DNA of 64,000 nucleotides from Tilletiaria anomala UBC 951 (Eukaryota): positions 62,001 through 126,000 of the forward strand of contig NW_013547018.1 in the NCBI RefSeq assembly GCF_000711695.1, given 5' to 3'. The notes under the pieces were generated by a model that had not been told where the DNA came from, ran no database searches, and worked only from the letters and a program-made list of their open reading frames with translations. Below, in pieces: positions 23,294 through 36,585 of the stretch; positions within the stretch are counted from its first letter, which is position 1; the number at the start of each line of letters is the position of its first letter. The translations under genes and the position numbers were made by a program.

Positions 23294-25714
23294 TCATTGT
23301 CCGGGAAGCAGAAGATAGTTGTGAGCATGCGCTTGTTGTATATGATTACGCACATCACTCTGCTGATTCTGCTCAGGCCGAGCTGCGGGTGCTGGTGCCG
23401 GATGGTGGGCACCCGGGCCAGATGCTGAGTAGCCGGCGCCGTTCCCATTTAGCATCGCCAGTAGCACATCAGGGCGCTGGGGCTGGCTAGGGGGCATCAG
23501 AGGATGCTGTTGCTGTTGCAAGGGAGGTGGCATATGCATGGGGTCTGGAGAATGTGCCCCAGCTGCTGCGCGGCCCTGAAGGATTGCCAGCAGCCCTTGC
23601 GATGGATTCGTATCCGAGCCAGTGTGCTGCTGTTGCGGATACAAATGATGTGGATACGGATGCTGAGGCGGTGGTGCTTGGTGCACAATTGATGCTTGGC
23701 CATCGTTCAAATCCTGTGGAGACAGCGGCTGCTGATGCAGCCTGGAAGAACTTGAAAGCAAACTGAGCAATCCTTGCTCGTGGCTTTGTAATCCTTGAGA
23801 GGGGTCGTCAGACTGCCCAATGGGGGATGCTTGGTTGGAATGGGTTGATTGGTGATGATGTTGGGAAGGGTAGCCATATTGCCGCGGTGGCGAGGCTCGA
23901 GCAGGAGCGGCAGGCTGTTGCACTGTCGAGCCTATCAGTTGAGAGAGGAGTAAATTGCGCTGGGCTGCTCGTTCGCGCTCTGCTGGACATTGGCTTGCTT
24001 CATGGGCGCTTGCTTGGGACGAGGTGTGAAGCTGCACTTGAGAGTGAGCTGTGGCTGGAATGTCCAACTCGACCTTTGTGGGCGAAATGAGTTTGAGAAG
24101 CGCCTGTGCCTGTGTCGTCTTCTGCGCTTTTGGAGCTAACAAAGGCGAGTCTGCAGGCTGTGGCAATCTTGGAGGAAATTCGTGGCGCGCATCTGCATCT
24201 TGCCTTCGCCCTTGCGGCTGTTGCTCTTGGGACCGGTTGCTTTGCGCTGGCAGAGACAGCGGCCCGGCGTTGCCTGCGCCCGCGTGCAGCGCGGCAAGGA
24301 GTGCTCGCGCTCCGTCCTCCTGCTCTGCTGCCGCCGCAGATTGAAAATGCGCATGTGGGCGATTCGCAACAGCTGATGGCGAGTCAGAGGCCTGCGGAAC
24401 AGCACCTCGCAATAGTTCCAGCAGTTGTCGTCCGCGTGGAATTCCTTGCGCTTCGATCATGTGAGCACCTACGCCCGGTGTCGCCGGATGATCTTTTCGT
24501 AGAGGAATCCTTACCGCAGACTCTGTCACGGCTGGGATGGCACCCAATCCAAGTATCGACTTGAGCATGTCCGAAGCGTCGCCGTCTTGTGACGGCGCCG
24601 ACGCCGAAGCGTGCTGCTGTGTAGGCAGCGGCCCATTCCGTGCTAGTACGCCTGTATTTGCATTCTGCTTCTCAGCCGTAAATGTTGGAAAGAGGCTGCC
24701 TGCGTCAGGAAAATGAGACATCTCTGCAGGGGGCGGTAGACTGCTGCTCTTCTGGCCCTTTTGCAAAATTTCCGTCACGACGCGTTCCTCGTGCTTGCCC
24801 TTCGGCCTGCGCGGGTGCTTCTGCTTATTTTCTTGGATCCATGTTTTGAGGCCGCGTACGAATGGCGAGATCAAATAAAATTTGCTCGAGGACACACCGC
24901 CGCCATGTGCGCCAGACGACTTCCAAGTTGGGAGGTCAGTCAATTTGAACCACTGAATCTTGGATATTTCCTTTCGTGTCTGTGTCTTGAATTCAAAGTC
25001 CTCTGCGACGCCTGGTACAACGTAGAGGCGGATTTTCTGTTCGCGCATGGCGAGCTCGAGAAAGTCCGGGCTGTCGGATTCCAGTAATGCTCCACAATCG
25101 TACCCTGTCTCTTCAAACACTTCTCGCACCGCACAGTCGCGTTCCGATTCCCCTTGGTTGATCTTGCCCTTTGGAAAACCCCATGATGTTGATTTCCAGC
25201 CTCGTACTAGTAGACACTGCGTCCAGAGCGGCACTTAGCTTGCCTCAAATGGAACCAGGCTGTTGCTCTGCTGCCACTCACCTTGTCCCATTTTGCTGTG
25301 ATCAAGATCGCTCCGCACACCGGGACCCGAGACTTGTACTTGAGGAAGTTATCGAATGCGCCTTCCAAGTCATGTTCTCCCTTGTGCCCAGAAATATGCT
25401 GACGAATCAGCGGCACCGTCAGTGAGGACGTGTGAAGAAGGTAAATGGAGAATTTTCGGAGCTTCAAGGAGGGTAAGGATGGGTTGAGTGGTCGCAAAAA
25501 ATCTTCGTAGAACCAGTGCCTGCGAACGTCGAACATTGAAGCGTAAGACAAAGTGGTCGCTTCCGAGAAGCCATTGACATTGAGATTGGCATGCTCACGC
25601 TTGCTCGCACTGAAAACATATTCGCTCGATGCTTGAAAGCTCTTCGGCAGGCAAGTTGACGATGAACCGTGACGAGAGGTCCTCGAGGGTTTCTGCGAAG
25701 GACAAGTCCGCCAT
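23294..25714 (-). CDS. DCP2: mRNA decapping enzyme catalytic subunit
   Basis: BoxA (LEDLSSRFIVNLP..ERICFQ..HWFYEDF), YKSRVPVCGAIL, Nudix box WGFPKGKINQGESERDCAVREVFEETG; long low-complexity C-terminus; two introns. Confidence 0.95.
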
Positions 25715-26396
25715 TTCGCCTTCGCGTTCCCGAATTTTCCGTAATCAGGTCCGCGGGTTGGAATGACGACGGCACCAATGCGAATGAAACGCACGGCCAG
25801 GTTGCCAGGGAAATTGCTTGCGAGGTTGGGGATCAAGTTCTTGGAGTGTCGTGGCTAATCGATTGCCGGCGGTCCGTGGGTCACTGTCTGGCCCAACAAA
25901 GTCCAGCTGCTTGTTCTGGGGGTCACGTCTTGCTACGTTTACTATGTCCGCAGAGAGTGATAGCGCACATTTGTTGGAGGGCCCGGTGGTTGGGAGAACT
26001 GAGATCGACACGTCCATGAAGTATGAAGCATGAAGTTGTGCAGGTCGCATGGAAGACGGATTGTGGCTGGATAATAGTACTCTACAGCCCGCCCGCATGC
26101 GTTGAGAAACGCGTGCGGCGCGAGTTGAAGATGAGTGGCTTCCAAAACCACACCATAAAAAACGATGGCATCCAACCAGACATGAAACCGGCTTCTTGAC
26201 GCCTGCACATCGCATCCTCACTACACTTCTCACTGATACACTCTAGGAGCCATCGTGCGCCATTGAGGACGCTTGAATACCCCCCGTTCTACATATCCTG
26301 AGCTCAAAGCTGTCGTTGCTTCGCGCCAGTGCGAGGACGTGCTAACAAGAAGACATTTGAGGAAGGGAGCTCTGTCTCTTCCACATACATCCAAAG

Positions 26397-26962
26397 ATGG
26401 CCTCCGCGGCACAAGAGGGCCGCAATCAGTCACGGATCTTGTTTGTGAAGAACCTCAACTACAGCATTAAGGGTGAGTACCCATGCGCCAGGAACAGCTT
26501 ATTTTCTCGTCCAGCGTGAATGGTGGTTGCCATCTGCTGACCACTCATCGTGCCACAGGCGAAGACCTTTACGAGCTATTCGGGCGGTATGGTCCCATCC
26601 GGCAGATTCGGATAGGCGACGGGCCCAAGACGAAAGGAACAGCGTACGTCGCATTTGAAGAGATGAATGACGCAAAACAAGCGCTCGACCGATTAAACGG
26701 CTTCCATCTGCAAGAGCGATATATCGTTGGTAAGTCCTCCTTCCAGAAGCAGCGGGCTTATATCTTATTGCAAGATGTGCCTGCGCTGGACCTCTGGCGC
26801 TCAATCTGCTGACTCGTCTCTCCTGCTTGCCTGATACCGTGCGGAATGCTAGTGCTCTATCATATGCCACAAAAGCTAACAGCAAAAGCAGAGCTAGCGC
26901 GGAGAGAAGCTGAGCTTGAAGCTCTGAAGCAGGCGCACAACATCACTGATGATCAGCGGTAG
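26397..26962 (+). CDS. SF3B6: Spliceosomal branch-site protein p14 (single RRM)
   Basis: RILFVKNLNYSIK/GEDLYELFGRYGPIRQIRIG..KGTAYVAFE..GFHLQERYIV/LYH; introns 26473-26558 and 26730-26852. Confidence 0.93.
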
Positions 26963-27128
26963 TCACCGTCAAACGATGCCAGATCGATTATCCATCACTC
27001 TCCCGTACTGTATTTCTATGCAAGTTTGTTTAATTTCGCAGCCCTTTTGCTGACCTAAACGTCCCAAAGCAAGCGAAGTTGCTCACAGCAAGAGGCTCCG
27101 AGGAGAGTGATGGAAGCAACGTTTACAG

Positions 27129-28257
27129 TCAAAACTCCTGCGCAATCGTTTCAAGGTCATCGGCATTGATCCAATCCCTTCCGACCTCGAGCATCGGCTG
27201 ATTCACGCGGCTTTTGGCCTACGTTGGCCATTCTGGCGTGCCCCAATACCGCGCCTTCATGCCAAGCTGATGCGCCTGCTCGATGGTTGCGCTCAGATTT
27301 TGCCTGACGGCGTCCTGCGCGTCTATCAGGTCCTTCCACTTCGGACTGAGCATCTCAAAGTCAACACTGGCGATCCCACAGCGTGCTATTGTAAGGATAC
27401 GCCGTCTCATCCTTCAGATTCACATATGCGGTCTGTTTCAAGCCGCTGAGCGGGAAGTCGAGGAAGTAGTCGCGCTCCAGCGGCGCGAGCTGGTCTTCCA
27501 GCGTGCCGCCCGTGACTATGATTGTGGCGGGGCCCAGGATTACATTGCCTTTCACTTAGCGCATCAGCCAGCCGAGCTCTCGAATAGGCTCGAGCTGCTT
27601 AACGACGAGTGGCCAGGTCTCGCTACCATCGTTCTTGATGTCCACAAGCACCTATATCAGTGCGGATGCTCCTACGCCGAGCGAGAAGTGGGCCGTCCTA
27701 GGCGTTTACGTGGGGCTGGAGGTCGACTACTGCAGGTCTTTGGCGAAGGGCACCTGAGACGGGTCAGCGTTGCTGTAATTTGCGTTGATCAGGTTCGCCT
27801 AATCCAAAGCGGCTAGGGTCGGAGCGACGGCGATGTTGTGGAAGATGCACTCCTTCGTCAAGGCAGATGTGTGGTTCCCACCATACAGCACACCTTGGTA
27901 TCCCCAGACATCAGGCTCGACGGAGATACTGCCGAGACTGAGTGCTTTGAACACCGGTGAATCTTACTACCATGGATTCGTAGGCCAAGCAAGTCACCAT
28001 TGGCGCTGCAGTCCACTGTAATGAGTCTGGAAGACGACGACATACGTAGTTGGTATCAGAGTGCGCGGGGCAGTGCGTAAGCCTCACGACTCCGGTCACC
28101 GGGGTAGCTCAAGACGAAGGCGCTTTTTTCTTCCAAAGAAGTTGGTATATGCCTGCTCTGTCGGTGCTGTCGAAGGAAGCTTAATGCCCTGGGCTCCATT
28201 GGCCTCAAAGCCAGCAAGCAGCAGGCTCGCAGTGACCATGTCCAGTGTAGCCTTCAT
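27129..28257 (-). pseudogene. AIM6-like PLC-like phosphodiesterase pseudogene
   Basis: Recognisable ALSLGSISVEPDVW, LVDIKNDG, IIVTGG, AHQLGMKARYWGTPEWP, INADDL, but at least 6 in-frame stops, 2 frameshifts and loss of the HSHNDY motif. Confidence 0.8.
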
Positions 28258-29089
28258 GATGCCTATTCGGGACAGCGGTCAGACCGGAAAGCAGGATCAG
28301 GGCATATTTGTCGATCAAATGACGAGGGATGAGGGTGCGAATGCCAGCGGGCAACTAGTCGATTGTACCTATGTATGTGTTCCTTCGGCCAGCTACGGTA
28401 AGCTAGCGATCCCATCTATCTCAAGCGATGCTGCAGAAGGACGGCATATATATGCGTGCAGCCAACATGCCTCATCCGGATGTCGGGAAAACGGGTCTAT
28501 CCGCTGGGTTGTCTTGAGGATGACCCTTGAGTTTTAAAGGAGTGCAAGTACTGCGCAGACCTGAGTCGAAGCTTTATCGATTCCCTCCGCGGTCTTCATC
28601 AGCGTATGCATCTGGTCCCATAGTGGCTCACGGCCCACGCCAAGCACTCATCGCATGCGGTCTTTTACCATGACGACGGTAGAACTGTGCAAAAGCAGAC
28701 CTTCTGACTATATGGCTGTTATCAGCTCGGTTCGTGCACCTGATGGAGGACGCCTCCCAGGTATCTCCGCAAAATGAAGGTTAGCGAACACGTTCCCTTT
28801 TCTCCAAGCTTGTGTCTCCTTGTCTGCTGCTGCTTTTGTGACTTTTGTTGTCGCCCGTCGCAACCATGTAGCTCAATGGACAATTCTCAAGGCATCGGGA
28901 ACTTTCTGGCAGTGAAATGTTTGAGATGCCGAATAGTAGGTCCAAGCAAGTCGACCTTCCGAAGCTTTGGCCGAAAAATCACCATCAGACCTCGACAAGC
29001 TTCCTACTTTGCTCGATCTGCTGGTTTGGTGGACATCCACACAAGAGTATCTTCCCAACTAGCAAAGGAAGCGGAGAATTTTGACAAGG

Positions 29090-30327
29090 ATGTCCTGCAT
29101 CGCTAGCACAAGTCGCCAGCAGCTCGTTGGCCTTGCTTCTCGGAGCGCCAAACGCGGCGTTGCCGGCTGGTCACGAGACTTTTCCTCCGCCGCCGTTGCA
29201 GCGCCCGCTTCCACTTCTCACTCTTCATTGGGCTCGTCCTGTCTTCGATGCAGCCCAACACAGGCTTCTACTCCCCATACCTGGGGCTCCAGAAGGTCTT
29301 TGCACTCACTGCCCCCGCTGCCTCAGGCTATCGCAGATGAACAGACCGGTTGCAAGCCATTTTTGGGCCCAGTGGCTCTTCAGCTGATTGGCAACGTGTG
29401 GCATGGCGGTCTGCTCCAACGGTTAAACGATGAAGTCAGAGGTGAACATGAATCTCTCAGTTCTGCTTAACTCGAACTTACCAAGATATTGATGACTGCT
29501 GCTACCCCCTCACAGGTACATCTTTTGAGACCTCATCAGTCGTCGACACTGTGATTGCCACGTCGCAGGACCGCTCATTGATCCTGGCCTTCAACTTTGC
29601 ATCACAAGCCCTCAATAACGCCTTTTTTCTCAGCAACCTTGTGAGTAGACCTCTATTGCAACTACGACGTTGGAACCGGTGTAACTAAGCGCAAGTTGTG
29701 CCTCCTTAATAGCGTCCGGCAAATCCATCAAAACCATCTCCACTTCCACCCAAGTCACTCCTTTCGCGCATTGAGCAAGACTTCGACTCTCTCCCTGCAT
29801 TCAAGTCTGCTTTCAGCGCTGCGGCAATGGGAATGGTCTCCTCTGGCTGGGTTTGGCTCGTCCGTGACCAGACTGGACGCCTCGGAATCGTCCCAACGTT
29901 TGGCGCTGGCACTGTCCTCGTTCAAGATCGTCTGCAAATGGGCAGTGCAGACTTTCAGGCTAGTATCGAGGAGAGTGTGCGCAGGGCAAACAGCAAGAAT
30001 GAAGCATCTGCAGAGTCTGCATCGCAGTCGATTCAGCATCCTCAGCCCTCGTCTCCCTCTACTCCACAGTCCTCGTTCGTGCCGATCACTGGTGCTTCCA
30101 GCATCAGTCTCAAACTGAACAAGACAGACTTGCGCACTGATGGAGCGCGTGAGAAGTCCAAGATTGGAGAGCAACTGACGCCTTTGTTGTGCGTCAGCGT
30201 TCACGAACACTCCTGGTTACCAGACTATGGCATATGGGGTAAGGAGCCCTACTTGATGAACTTCTGGGAGTGCGTGGACTGGGAGAAGGTCGGCAAGGCT
30301 TATGATGTGTATGCAGGTAACAAGTAG
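29090..30327 (+). CDS. RSM26: Mitochondrial small-subunit ribosomal protein with Fe/Mn-SOD fold (Rsm26-like)
   Basis: Presequence; FNFASQALNNAFFLSNL, GWVWLV, PLLCVSVHEHSWLPDYGIWGKEPYLMNFWECVDWEKV; SOD metal ligands incomplete; introns 29442-29515, 29641-29712. Confidence 0.82.
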
Positions 30328-32295
30328 AGTGAATGGTCATATATTTCAGGAGGCTTTCGTTCGCATACATAGCATACAAGTGTGAGCGAGCGGAGCAAGG
30401 TGAAACAGCAAAATTATGGCATAACATTATAACTCTTGCTTAAGCACTTGGGGTCTCTGTCGTTGACGGCATTGCTGGGCTGTGAACGCTTTCAGATACC
30501 TCAATTTGACTTTGGACAGTGCCGCTCCGCGTGTGGCCCCAATTTTTGCCGTTGAGTGCGAGATATGTCAGGAAATATAGCCATACCACCACGTCACCTT
30601 CTTTCCGACACCTAGGGGCTGGTTTGGGAACAGTCTCTTAAACAGCTCACCACTCTTCCAAGCGTCCAGACTCTCTTTCCACTGCCTCACGCAAGCATCA
30701 TTTGCATCCGTCGCTGAGAAGCGGTCGTAGGTCGTTCCCACGCGCCGCGCTGAATTTCAGCGCCATCTGGATCACCTGCGCTGCGACTGTGAGCCCGCGT
30801 CGGCGGGAGAAGTGTTGCAGTACCTATCACGGAAGAGCCCAGGCCGTGGCGGACGCTAGCACTCGGCAAGTGGGCCGCCGAGGACGTTGATGGGCATTTC
30901 CATGCTGAAGAATGAGGGGTTGTCCGACCTCTGCGAGTCAGAGGCGTTGTGTTGCAGAGGCTCAGATGGATAGACAGATGCCAAGGGGGCGATGGGCAAA
31001 GCAGCAAACCATCAGAATGCTGCCGCTTCAAACCTTGAAAAAGCTGGCGAGATATTTTGACGGATTCATTCGAGGCGGTCAAAGCGAAAGCCACGGACTC
31101 CGTCCTTCAGCGAGAATTGAGTCAAGCAAGTGATTTGCTACCCCGCGTTGATGCCTCCAGGATATGTCCTAACAAGGACATACCAACGATGAACTACACG
31201 CCAACCCAACTGCTTAACGCTCATGATCTTCGCACTTCCACCGAATGTACGCAGGACTGCCGTGAGAGGCAGAGTTGGCTCTGGAGAAGACTCTCGGGAG
31301 GCGATATCGATGAATCCATACAGAGGTATAAATGATACAGGCGGCCCTTTGACCGTAAAGGTTCGCTCGGAAACTGGCTCCCTCATGCCGAAAGCCCAGA
31401 GTGTCCGAAAAGTCACTGTCTGGGCCGCAGGCCTAGCCGCTACAGAGGGTTTTGGGTCTCGGAACCTGTGCAGAAACTTGCTTTCCGGGCACCATAAACC
31501 ACCTGGTTCCTTCTCTGGAGGTATAGTGGGAGCAGATCCAACAGATTCTCCATCATTGTCGAGCATTAGTGATACGAGGGAAGTCGACAGTCGATTGTCG
31601 ATGGCCGATGTTCCGATGTTGGGGTCCGTGCCGCGGCAGAAATGAATGCATAATCACATCCATGTTCCTTGTCCGTGACATTTGTAGGTGGTTATGCACC
31701 AATGATTGCATTGTAAACCCAGGCAAGGGCAACTTGGGCAGGAGAGTCGACCGAACGTGTAAATCTGATCACCCCTTGAACATGCAAAGGTAAGAACGTA
31801 TGGACTCCAGTAGTTATCATTACTGCCGATCAACATTGCAGACCTCTCCGGCGGCTGGGCGCATTGATGATGGATGGCATTGAACAGAGAAGATAATTGA
31901 TGAGAGGCCTGCCTGTAAGGCTGAGACCGTGAGATCCCGAGAGAGGGAAGGAAACGCCGATAGCCGAAGCGAGTCGAGTTCAAGGCTCATAACACTCTCA
32001 AGACTTGTCCTTTATGAAATTGAATGAAGGGGTGGACTGCATACCCTGCCACAACTGCTCGTTATCGTTCAAGCCAAAATGGGTGATTCGGCATGCGGCC
32101 ACCGCATTCTGCACCGATTCATCCCACTCCAACTAGAACTTCATCGTCTCAATGTCCCTACCATAGATGACTGTGCATTTTGGACCGGCAGCAGTGACAA
32201 GCGGCGGATAAGAAGCCCTAGGTAGCTGAGTTCCGGCTAACCGTCCTTGACCGTCTGTGGGTCCTTAAAAATGTCGTGCAGCAATACTCGGCGCC

Positions 32296-33427
32296 ATGGG
32301 TGCCAACAACACCATCCTATCTAAACCCTCAAATGCCAAGCCAAGGCAGGTTCAAAGGCAACGCCCCTGCTCGCTACAATATATCAAACTACGCTTGTCT
32401 GTGACCATTGTACGGACTCTGATTCGGCCGCTCAGCAATTGAGATACTACTTCGAGCCACCACCACCACTTGGTACCGTGCGCGAGATCATTACCGTGCC
32501 CTTGCGACACAAGAATAGACGGATTAAATTGCACGTCTACAGGCCCGAACCATTGTATGATGGGAAGGACTACACTGTCTCCGTGAACTTCCACGGTAGC
32601 GGATTTGGTGCGTGTGACGTGATTCAAACCGAGGTCCTGCAATCCTTTCACACTTTTGAGCATACGCCTGCAAGCTCTCCAGTGCTCCCATGCCATGGTC
32701 AAGACTTTCATTTCTGCGCCCAACTCTGCTCGCGTCTCAATGTCGTAGTGCTGGACGCCGACTACCGCAATGCACCCGAAGACCCGTTCCCGGCGGCTGT
32801 TGAAGACGCCAATGATGTCGTACCGTTCGCCTTGCCTCCACTGGACTTTTCCCGCCTAACGCTGACTAGCTTTTCAGTCGGTGGCAACCTTGCGCTCGTC
32901 ACCGCGACGAGGCTGGGGCCGCAGCGCGTCGCTGCTGTATCCACCGACGTCATTGTCTTGCGATTCGAGCATGGCCAAGAACCCGCCAAACCCAACTTTC
33001 AGATACGGTATCAGATTGAGGAACGCAGTCACTCTCCTCTTCAGGGGATCATACATTGTCAAGGGTACGGATGATAGTCAGTCGGGCATAAGCCCTGTCA
33101 ATATGGAGCCTGACTGCTGGCCAAATTTGATTTTTTTTCCAATTGCTCGCTAGCAAACGTTCTCTCTCATGTCGAGTGTGTAACCCTCTTTCGTCCACAC
33201 AGGTGGTCCACATCATATGCGGCGATGGCGACATTCTGTGGGATGACAGTGACAAGCTCATCAACAAGCTCAAATCTGCGAACCATCCCGATGCGACCTT
33301 GAACACTGTCAAGCATGGCGGTCACGCTTTCGATAAGGCCCAGCGCAGTCCCGATGGCATCAAACCGCGCGACTATGCGTATGATGTCGTCTTTGCTGCT
33401 GTCGAGCGAGGGCACAACCATGCTTGA
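32296..33427 (+). pseudogene. Alpha/beta hydrolase (HSL-family esterase/lipase) pseudogene
   Basis: VNFHGSGF, DYRNAPEDPFPAAVED, degenerate nucleophile elbow SFSVGG, CGDGDIL, GHAFD; stop/frameshift near 32440 and frameshift near 32940. Confidence 0.75.
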
Positions 33428-33587
33428 GCTCTTGAGCGCGATAGATTGGAGATGAACCCCCGGATCTTGTGCTGGCACAGCAGGCAATACTTAGATTCAA
33501 TACTTGGAATGATATCTGTTTGCAAGTGATCGTACATGTAGTATACAGTTCTAGTAACGTTACACCTTCCACTGCATGCTGCGAAAA

Positions 33588-34806
33588 TTACTTCTTTTTC
33601 TTCTTTTGCTGGGTTGCATTCAGACGCTCTTTGCAATCATCACAATACCATGTCGGTGGAAGCGGCTTCGACACACCAACGCAACCAATGTGGAACCATT
33701 CGTACCTGCAATCTGCCCCATCACAGCCAATCATCTACAGAGGAGGGAACCGCGGTTAGCAATCTCGGTGATCAGGTACCAGCACGGGCGGTTGCAACGA
33801 CTCACCTCTCCGAAAGAGACCCTCTGGCAAAAGCAGTACGGCGTCTCGTCCTTCTCCTGCACTCCTGTCTCTAGAATCTCTTCCGGATCAGGAAGAGCCT
33901 CGATCTCAAGCTCGCCATCTGCGTCGAGATCGATCATATCGCGCTCAAGGCTGGGTCCGCGTGCGAGACTAGAGCTCGGCCTGGGAGGGCCTGGTTTGGG
34001 CATCGATTTGCGCGCGGTATTTTTGATGGAAGGAGATGTTCCACGAGCGCCTTGTAGCGATCCTGATAGAGCATCTGGAGTGCCCTGACGCCATCCTTTG
34101 GGGGTGGCGGTGCCGCTGGATGCCCGGGCTCCAAAAGTCACAGGTGAATTTGCGCCTGTCATCATCACGCTCGCCTTGCGTTCTACGAGAGCTTGGCGTC
34201 AGCTGCGGCCTGCTGTTCAGAAGGCAAACAAGGCAGCAAGCTCGTACTTACTGAGCGCAGGATCGCCATCCGCGTGTGCTTTGAGACCCGCCAATGAAGC
34301 TGGAAGCCCCGTCAGTGATGGCATCGGGGGCATAACGTCATTCGCTGAGAAGGATTCAAGCACGTGAGGTGCAATTTTGGTCATTTCGTCCTTGAGCCTG
34401 GTGGAATGTCGATGTACCTCTCTCCATAACTGTAGAGAAAGAGTAGCCTTCTGTTGGCTTAGCTCTTCAGCCCGATCGAAGTCCCCTTTGATCTTCTCCA
34501 ACAGCTTGTCCATCTTGATACGGTCCGCTTCAGGAAGAATAGCCCCCGGATTGGTCAACCCTGTGCCGCCTTTACTGAGCAAATCTCTGAGTTGCGATTG
34601 TCGATTCGCGATGCGAGGTAATAAGTCTGCGATGCAGTCTTCATGTCAGTGCTTGAATCAGGAGCAAACAACACATTTCTCTCACCTTGTACTTTAGACT
34701 CCTTATGCTCTATTTCCTTAATCATATGCCCAACCTCTTGAGGCAGATTGTCCAGCCCTGATATGAATTCCTGCGCTATGGCAGCAATCTCTGCTGGATC
34801 CTCCAT
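33588..34806 (-). CDS. YNG2: ING-family PHD finger protein (Yng2-like)
   Basis: N-terminal ING domain (ISGLDNLPQEV..EI), PHD PYCFCQRVSFGE/MIGCDGADCRYEWFHIGCVG..WYCDDC; two introns. Confidence 0.85.
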
Positions 34807-35210
34807 CCTCGCCACCACGCTTCCGTCCTCAAAAAGGCTAGAATACGCCGATCGCTGAAAGCAAGGGATATATGAGTACGTGAAGAGCTTTAGCTGCGCA
34901 CCCCCTGGTCAAGTCATATGCGGCTCTGTGGGATGTAGTGCCTCAAATGCGCTCCTCGTCAGCTGTTGCGCTTGCTTGTAAAGGAACAATATCCCCCACA
35001 CAATCTCGGCGTTCTATCTATCGGAAGGACGCCGACGCAAGAGCACGCAGATACTAAATTCACAATATATGACTTGGCATGAGTCGATTAGCCATCTGCA
35101 CAATCGTACTCCAGCCAACAATTCTACCGCTTCCCACAAAGTCCAAGCGCAGGTACAGTCGGTCTGTCGTAGGCTCGAAAGAGCGGACGGATCATCTGAC
35201 ATTCAGCATC

Positions 35211-36544
35211 ATGTCAACATCCCAGTCCGAGCAGCGCCGTCAGGCCAAGCATGAGAAGGCGAGAGAGGCAATGATGGCCGAGTTTGAGCGACAAAAGCAA
35301 GACATGGCAAAAGAGGCAGAAAAGAACCGTACTGGGTCGGATAGATTTGTTGGAAAGAACGACAGCATTGAAGAGACGCTCAAGAAGCAAACGGTCGGTC
35401 TGGTTAGGCTTGAAGACTTTCAGAAGCGAAGAGTGGAACTCGAGGAGGAGAAACGGAGAGAGGCTGCCAAAACCAATGAGCTAAAGTGAGAAGTAATGGT
35501 CTGACTTCCCTCCGGCCTTGCAAAGGCTAATATCAGTCTCCTTCGAGGCTCTCATCCGTGCAGGCCCGAGGAAAAGAAGAAGAAAAAGAAGGCCAAGACA
35601 AAAGCAACATTGTCCTTTGCGATGGATGAAGAAGAAGGAGATGATGATTCTCCGTCGCACAAGGCGAAGAAACAAAAGACTTCACACGACAGCAGTAAAG
35701 CTAGCAATAGAAAGACTAGCTTCAAGAACCCCAGTGTGGACACTTCATTCCTCCCAGATCGCAAGCGCGAAGAAGAGGAACGCAGAGTTCGCGAAGAGTT
35801 ACGGCAAGAATGGCTCCACAAGCAGGAGGAAATGAAGCAGGAAGAGATCGAGATCACCTACTCCTACTGGGATGGCAGTGGGCACAGGAAGACTGTCAAA
35901 GTGAGATACAGCCGTGAGATTTCCATTTCGCTCAACGCCACCGCTGAAAGACCGTCACTTCCGTTTACAGTGCAAGAAAGGCGACTCCGTTGCGCAGTTT
36001 CTCGAAAAATGCCGTCAACAATTCCCAGAGCTACGCGGCGTCTCCGTCGATAATATGATGTACATCAAGGTATGTAGCGCTTACTTCTCTGGGATGCATC
36101 CTGAAACTGAAAAGATGCTTGCTTCAACAGGAGGATTTGATTATCCCACACCACTTCACATTCTATGATTTTATCGTGAACAAGTCGCGAGGCAAGTCCG
36201 GCCCATTGTTCAACTTTGACGTGCACGATGACGTGCGCCTCCTTGCCGATGCGAGCGTCGAGAAGGATGAGTCGCACGCGGGAAAGGTCGTTGTGAGTCG
36301 AAGATTCTGCAATCATGTTCCGTATTTGTTTCGCAGTACTTAAGAAAATCGGCTGTACCCACAGGAGCGGAGTTGGTACAATCGGAATAAGCATATCTTC
36401 CCGGCGAGCCGTGAGCGAGATCGATACCATACTCATCGAGCTTTCTGCTGACTTTCACACTCGGTTTCAACAGGATGGGAGCTATTCGAAATGGGGAAGG
36501 ACTATGGAAGCTACTCCATCCACGACAGGAAAAAGGAGGGATGA
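35211..36544 (+). CDS. FAM50 / XAP5 family protein
   Basis: [86 protein letters not shown]; five introns. Confidence 0.93.
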
Positions 36545-36585
36545 AGTCCGCGCTTGTGTGTATCAACTCTAGGCTACATATAATG

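Noticed and set aside
27129..28257. Stop-codon reassignment or A-to-I editing rescuing the AIM6-like gene
   Set aside because: Frameshifts and loss of the HSHNDY motif also occur, and neighbouring genes use TAA/TAG as normal stops.
29090..30327. Fe/Mn superoxide dismutase
   Set aside because: Metal-ligand motifs are degenerate (SVHEHSW instead of DxWEHAY; N-terminal His ligands not evident); fits the SOD-fold mitoribosomal protein Rsm26.
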